Below are positions 58,419 through 64,000 of a stretch of 64,000 bases of DNA, piece after piece (position 1 is the first letter of the stretch; the number at the start of each line of letters is the position of its first letter). Made by a program: the position numbers and the translations under genes. Below the pieces are notes generated by a model that did not search any database, had not been told where the DNA came from, and worked only from the letters and a program-made list of their open reading frames with translations. Source of the stretch: Tricharina praecox (lineage: Eukaryota); contig NW_026250403.1 in assembly GCF_024521635.1 (NCBI RefSeq), positions 682,001-746,000 of the forward strand, in the 5' to 3' direction.

Positions 58419-59607
58419 TTATAGGATAACGCAGCATCCGGTATTCTTCTCCTTATCGAAAGTTGTCAGGGCAGCGCGGGTGGCAGCCTCAAATACGTCG
58501 TCGACGCCCTCGCCGGTGAGGGAACTACATTCCAGGTACTTCTTTGAGCCCACCTGCTTGGCGATTGTCTCCGCATAGCTCGCTTGTACGAAGTGCATCG
58601 ATTTCTTGCGCATCTCCTCGCGAGCGGCGGGGTCTTCGCGGAGGTCTTTTTTGAGGCCCACGAGGATGATGGGGACGCCGGGGCAGCGCTCTTGTGCTTC
58701 TTCTATCCACTAGAGGAGGTCAGCGGGGAAGGATGGGCAAGAGGACGGGGTAGGTACCTTGTTCTGGACGTTCTCGAGTGAGTCTGGACTGTCGATGGCG
58801 TAGCCGATCAAGATCACGTGCGCTTTGGCATATGCCAGTGGTCGTAGCCGCTACGTAAAGTCAGCACCGATGTACGTCGTGGGCCGAGAATGACAATGCT
58901 GAATGGTCGAACCTCATAATCTTCCTGACCAGCCGTATCCCATAATGCCAACTGCACCGACTTGCCGTCCACTCGGCAATCCGTCACATAGTTCTCGAAG
59001 ACAGTAGGGACCTGTATATACCGTCAATGGACTGGCGGGGCGGGGGGGGATGGTGTGTTGGTGGGGGAAACCGTAGATATCACTGACATAATGCTGCATG
59101 CGGATTAGCTTCGTTCAGATTGCGCGGCCCATTCAAAAACATCGGGAGAACTCACTGTTGGGAAATAACCCAGTGTGAAGACGCTCAAAAGACTGGTCTT
59201 TCCGCACGCACCATCGCCGATAATAACAAGCTTCCTACAGAGACGCCCCCAGGCATGTCAGCCATCTACAAACTCCGTACGTAACCACCAGGGCAAAAAA
59301 GCGCCAGGCTGAGGGAGTATTTCCGTCGCGGGCCGGGGAGCAGTGGGTTGGTTATTGAGGCTATATTTGGCAACAACCACCACCGTCATGAGCACCTTTT
59401 TCCCTCCCCGTTCCCACCCACGCTCCCAGTGCTTGTGGATTTTGATCCTTTGCAATTTTGCCGAAGCTTCGGGATCCCCTCCCTCCCTCACAATCGTCCC
59501 GGGGGAAGGGGTGTCCACTCCCACGCCCATGCCGCGCCCACGGAAAGTAGAGTGAAGGGGGGGGAAGTTTACCTCCGGATGACATTGACAGCTTGGTTCT
59601 GCGCCAT
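58419..59607 (-). CDS. RHO2: Rho2 small GTPase, 5 introns including a 6-nt micro-exon
   Basis: [63 protein letters not shown], and CAAX end CCVIL. Confidence 0.95.
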
Positions 59608-62600
59608 CGCTGATGTGGATTCGGGAGACGGTCGGCTGTGCAACGTGGTCGGTGGCGGTACAGTCAGGGTTCGCGGTCGGTGGTAGCAAGGTTCCAGCGG
59701 GAGACCGAAGCTGTGATGGAGGAGCGCGATGGATGACGAGCGAGGAGTCTGTCGGTCAGGTCGCGCTGGTGGGTCGCGGGGGGGTGTAGTGCAGTGTGGT
59801 TGCTTTCGCGGTTGATTGAAGGTTTGGAGCGACGACGGAGACGACGACGACTGCGGCGGCCAGGTAGTTGATAAGGAAGTGAGCTGAGGCGAGGCTTCTT
59901 CTTCTTCTTGTGCTTCTTGTTCTGCCGTGATCGGATCCGCGAGTCCCCAATTAAGGGAGAGAAAGGAGCTCGGAAGAGGCGGAGACGGAGATGGAGGATC
60001 AGGAAGAGGGAGGGAGTAGTAGGGAAGGTAAGAGAGAGGTTGCGAGCAGCAGCGGCGGCGGCTGTTTAGTTTTCTGGGGGGGTGCCCGGGGGTGGGTGGA
60101 GGGGGGTGGTTTATTTTGGGGGGTGGTGTTGGGTAGGTAAGTGGTTTTGGCGGTGGATTTGGTAACTGCAAGTGGTTTGTGGGAGGGTTCTGTTACAGCA
60201 CTCGCGAGCGTAATACGGTTGCAGGCGGAGTTTGGGGTTAGCGTGCGCGTGAGCGAGGGAAGAAGAGTGAGAAAAGAAGTGAGAAGCGTCAGAAGGGGAG
60301 CGGAGCGGAGAGGCGAGCGAAAGAGGGATGGTTTCTACGAGGACTTTTTTCTTCTTCTATCGAGCACGGCGCTGTGGGTACTGGAGGTGAGTAACTTCAT
60401 GTGAGGATATAGTGGTATGTACGCAATGCTACGAGGCACGATGCTTTTACGTTGAAGGGCGCGGCTGGGAGCAGAGAAGAGACGAGACGAGAATCTCTCG
60501 AGAACACGCGCAGGACGATGATGGTGATGATCATGGGTACATACTCTACATACTGGTAGGTATGCTGTCCATGTAGTTACCGTACTCCAGTGTACCGGAG
60601 TTACTACAGTAGTTACATAGCATATAGTTCCATGTAACTAACTGTGTGCTAGGCAGAGCAGTTCGGATCGATAGTTCGCCATGACGATCGCGAACAGCGC
60701 TCCCGCGTCTGGCTGGCTTCTTCAATCGCCTTCGAGTTGCATCCCGTTGCTACTACCTATCGGAGTTACATGGTAGCAGTAGCAGATTCTACAGGCTATA
60801 CATAGAACTGCCTGCCTGCCCGCCTGCCTGTCTGGGTTCCTGGAGTCGGTAGGGCGGTGTGGTCGAGCAGGGACGTGGAGAGCGAAGACACGGTACGGGG
60901 AGCAGTGAGTTCTTCGGTATGGCATAGTAGATGTGCGGTAGTCAGTTGGATAGATACAATGGAAAGCCCAGTCTACTCCGAGCAGCAGGGGAAGCTCTCT
61001 CGTCTTCAGCTCTCCCTTCTATGCGTTCTCGGGCTTCTCCGCAGTAGTACTGGTACTTGGGTAAGTACCGTACTTGCTCAAATACCGTAGAGCACTTCGA
61101 GGGCTGCTGCACATCATGGTACGTACCTACCGCTGCAAGTTTACGTAGATACTCACCTGTGGATGGTCCGCTTTACACGCCCCGTCGGCCGCGGTTCTTG
61201 CCGTCCCCTGGGAACGAGGGCCACCTAACTATCGCCCACCAAACGGATGGCATGGCAAGCCCCTAGCGGCGAGGAGTTCAGCTGAGATGGAACCGCAATT
61301 GCGAGCAGTGATCCTTATGCAGAGTGCAGACAGGGGATGATCGCCGTATCCGCATCCGAGAAGTCCACAGGAGGGCACACGACGGATGCTTGAGCAGGCA
61401 CCCAAGATGTAGATGCTCTAGAATAGTTAGAACACAATTAGGTTGCCTATGATGGCGATGCTCCGACGTGGTGGTGGGTACATAGCGTGCTTTCCCCATC
61501 GTCGGGTGCCCCGGTGTCCGGCCGTTTGCGTTGGTCCGGCAACGGCGGCGGCCTCTCCCTGGTCTGACGGTCAGTCATGTCAGCCTTGTTTCGGCCCCCT
61601 CAGGGTCACCATTCTCATCGCCCGTTCCCAATTCCTACCTTCCTCCTTTATGATGACTGTCATTCCTCCGCTTTGTCCTCGGACCCCACTCTGCGTGTCC
61701 CCGTCCTGCATCCAATTGACCGTGTGTCTGCCCGTTGTCAGCGAATACAGTTCAATTGCTACTATGTAGCAGTAGAAGTAGGGTACTTTACGTACGAATC
61801 CCCGAGCATACGGCCTTTCTCTCCGTTTGGAGAATCATGATTGGAGTAGAAGTACTCTACTCAGTGCACTGTGCACTTACTCGTCGAGCTTGAGCCTGTA
61901 AAGTACGTACTCGTGTGCACATCTCCAGCTTTCTGCAGGATTCAAATCTACTTCTCCCCCAAAGCCCGCTTTGTTGCGGCTCTATACTCTAGTGGAAGCA
62001 TTCCCACCCAAAGATTGAACCTTGCCTCGTCTTGCTACTTGTAGTGCTGTTTGCTACCTCATCGTCATCATCATCTCCACCACTACCACCACCACCATCA
62101 CCGCATCTCGTTTCGTTCCGGGATCGCCCACCTCCTTCTCTCCCTCTCTCCCTCTCCATCGCTCTTCCCATCCAATCCAATCCTCTCGGTCATTCCGAAT
62201 CCTCCCATCAGCCTCACTACCTAGTACGGTAGTACTCTTCCTCGCGCACTCGTCACCAACCACACAACTCACATCCCCGTCAATTGTCAACCTCATTTCT
62301 CGCATATCAGTTACCCGGCGAACATCATTCGTTGATTTCGACTGCTGCCGCTCGCTGTCCCGTGACCCTCGCATAAGCACTTCCACTACGCTGATAGGTA
62401 CTTCGAAGGGAGTACTGTAACGAGCAACAAACACATAATTGCTACTGTCAGAAAGGGGAGACAGAAGAGAGAGAGAGAAACAGAGAGAAAGGGAGAGAGA
62501 GAAAGTTGGTGCGTGTGTGCATAGAGCGTAAACGACCACTGTCAGATGTGCGTACTTTGACTTCGTTAGTCCCCTGGTTGCTTCGTCCACTGTCCACCAC

Positions 62601-62964
62601 CCAATTCAAACGACCACCCAACCAAATCTACCCACCAACTACTTTCACTACCACTACCACCACTACCAACTTCCTCCTCCTCCTCCCCACCACCACCACC
62701 TCCTCCTCCCCCCCACCACCACCACCACCTCCTCCGCTACTCTCAACCATCACCACCACTACCATATACACCCACCCACCGCATCATCGCTTTGTCAGCC
62801 GTCACTCAGCAGCATCGCCACTAACTTTAGGTGCTGAGTTTACCGCCCCGCAGCAGTAGGTGACAGGCTCAGGAACCCGTTAAACCTCGCAGCTTCGCCG
62901 TGCACATCTCGGACGTCATTCTCTTGGTGCTCCCCGACTCCCGGAATAAGGCAAGAATCTGGAC

Positions 62965-64000
62965 ATGCCTGCTGGTAACTCACAGCGCAATCCACAATCA
63001 GAAACTCAGGACCATCAATCCTTACCCGCGAACAGCAAAGCAACTCACATCCGCAACAAAGACGGTACTAAGTTGATTACTGTGCCCTCCCGCAAGGTGT
63101 CTAACCCCGAATCTGCTGCTGCTGCTGCCGCCGCTACCACTGCAACCACCACCACCACCGCCGCTACCGCCTCCTTCTCCTCCTACTCCTCCTCCTCCTC
63201 CCTCTCATCCTCCGCCGTCTTCGCTACCACCGCCGCCGTCACTCCATCACCTCATCCCCCCCCACCTCCTCCTCCTCCTCCACCACCACCGGCTACGGCT
63301 TTCGTCCCCACCATGGACTACTCTAACGGAGCAAATGCTAGCGCGGCGGGGAAGAAGAAGAAGAAGAACAAGAGGGGAAAGCAGGTTGCTCAGGCTCAGC
63401 ACCACCACCATCACACCCACCAGCACGATGAGTACGGTTCCATTTCGAACGGGCCCGCAGCCATCACTCCGCCACATTCGAACCACCCCCATCACTACCA
63501 GCAGGACATTCGGGACTCGATGGCTGACTTTGACGACAACGACCCCCCCGAACTCGTGGACCCTGACGACGAGGAGGAATACTACTCCGACCAGGACAAC
63601 GAGTATGACGACAATGAGCCCTACTCTCCACCGCCACCTTCTGCTCCGGCTCCGGCAGCCGGCAAGAGCAAAAAGGGAAAGAAGAAGAGCAAGAAAAAGG
63701 CCGCCGGCAGCGAGCTCCTCGGCGCCGGAGGTGGTGTTGGGGCTGGGCCGGTTCAGACCCGCAAGGGAAAGGACCGCATATGGAACACTTCGACCACGGA
63801 AGAACGTGAACGGATCAAGGATTTCTGGCTGTCACTTGGCGAGGAAGAGCGTCGATCTTTGGTCAAGGTGGAGAAAGAGGCTGTTCTGCGGAAGATGAAG
63901 GAACAGCAGAAGCATTCTTGCTCGTGTAGTGTCTGTGGACGAAAGAGGACTGCTATAGAGGAGGAATTGGAGGTCTTATATGATGCTTATTACGAGGAGC
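62965..64000 (+). CDS. NST1: Stress response protein Nst1 (5' part; runs off the window)
   Basis: Open frame from ATG 62965, just after the in-frame TAA at 62947. It contains [12 protein letters not shown] and the Nst1 signature [74 protein letters not shown]. Confidence 0.93.
   Translation, partial: MPAGNSQRNPQSETQDHQSLPANSKATHIRNKDGTKLITVPSRKVSNPESAAAAAAATTATTTTTAATASFSSYSSSSSLSSSAVFATTAAVTPSPHPPPPPPPPPPPPATAFVPTMDYSNGANASAAGKKKKKNKRGKQVAQAQHHHHHTHQHDEYGSISNGPAAITPPHSNHPHHYQQDIRDSMADFDDNDPPELVDPDDEEEYYSDQDNEYDDNEPYSPPPPSAPAPAAGKSKKGKKKSKKKAAGSELLGAGGGVGAGPVQTRKGKDRIWNTSTTEERERIKDFWLSLGEEERRSLVKVEKEAVLRKMKEQQKHSCSCSVCGRKRTAIEEELEVLYDAYYEE

Noticed and set aside
63061-63312. Non-AUG start or extra intron at the 5' end of NST1
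   Set aside because: The frame is open back to a normal ATG at 62965.

Overview
Eukaryotic, intron-rich DNA from a filamentous ascomycete (GT-AG introns with CTRAC branch points). Gene style suggests Pezizomycetes; this is an inference. I can reconstruct 18 protein-coding genes by hand: trimethyllysine dioxygenase, eIF2-gamma, mago nashi, a cyclin T/K-like protein, a PAQR/IZH receptor, a PCI-like protein, TMA7, a Ran1/Sks1-family kinase, a secreted Thr-rich repeat protein, a MARCH5-like RING-CH ligase, two hypotheticals, ATP14, a TFIIB-like factor, VPS35, an SR splicing factor, RHO2 and a partial NST1. The kinase sits alone between two microsatellite-rich gene deserts (~9.5 and ~14.9 kb) in which a TAGAGTA/TACTCTA motif recurs many times. 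The most notable observations are: (1) a strongly diverged TFIIB, probably a second paralogue, with an intact Zn-ribbon and B-reader, a remodelled core, an N/S/Q and KKEMP repeat tail, and a doubly spliced leader whose unspliced donors both read ATG-stop; (2) an SR gene with a long, weak intron splitting SWQ|DLKD plus a hidden terminal intron that would swap the C-terminus; (3) three short non-LTR retroelement 3'-end insertions, two with clear target-site duplications. No rRNA, tRNA or CRISPR feature was found. All exon boundaries were read by eye and are predictions.
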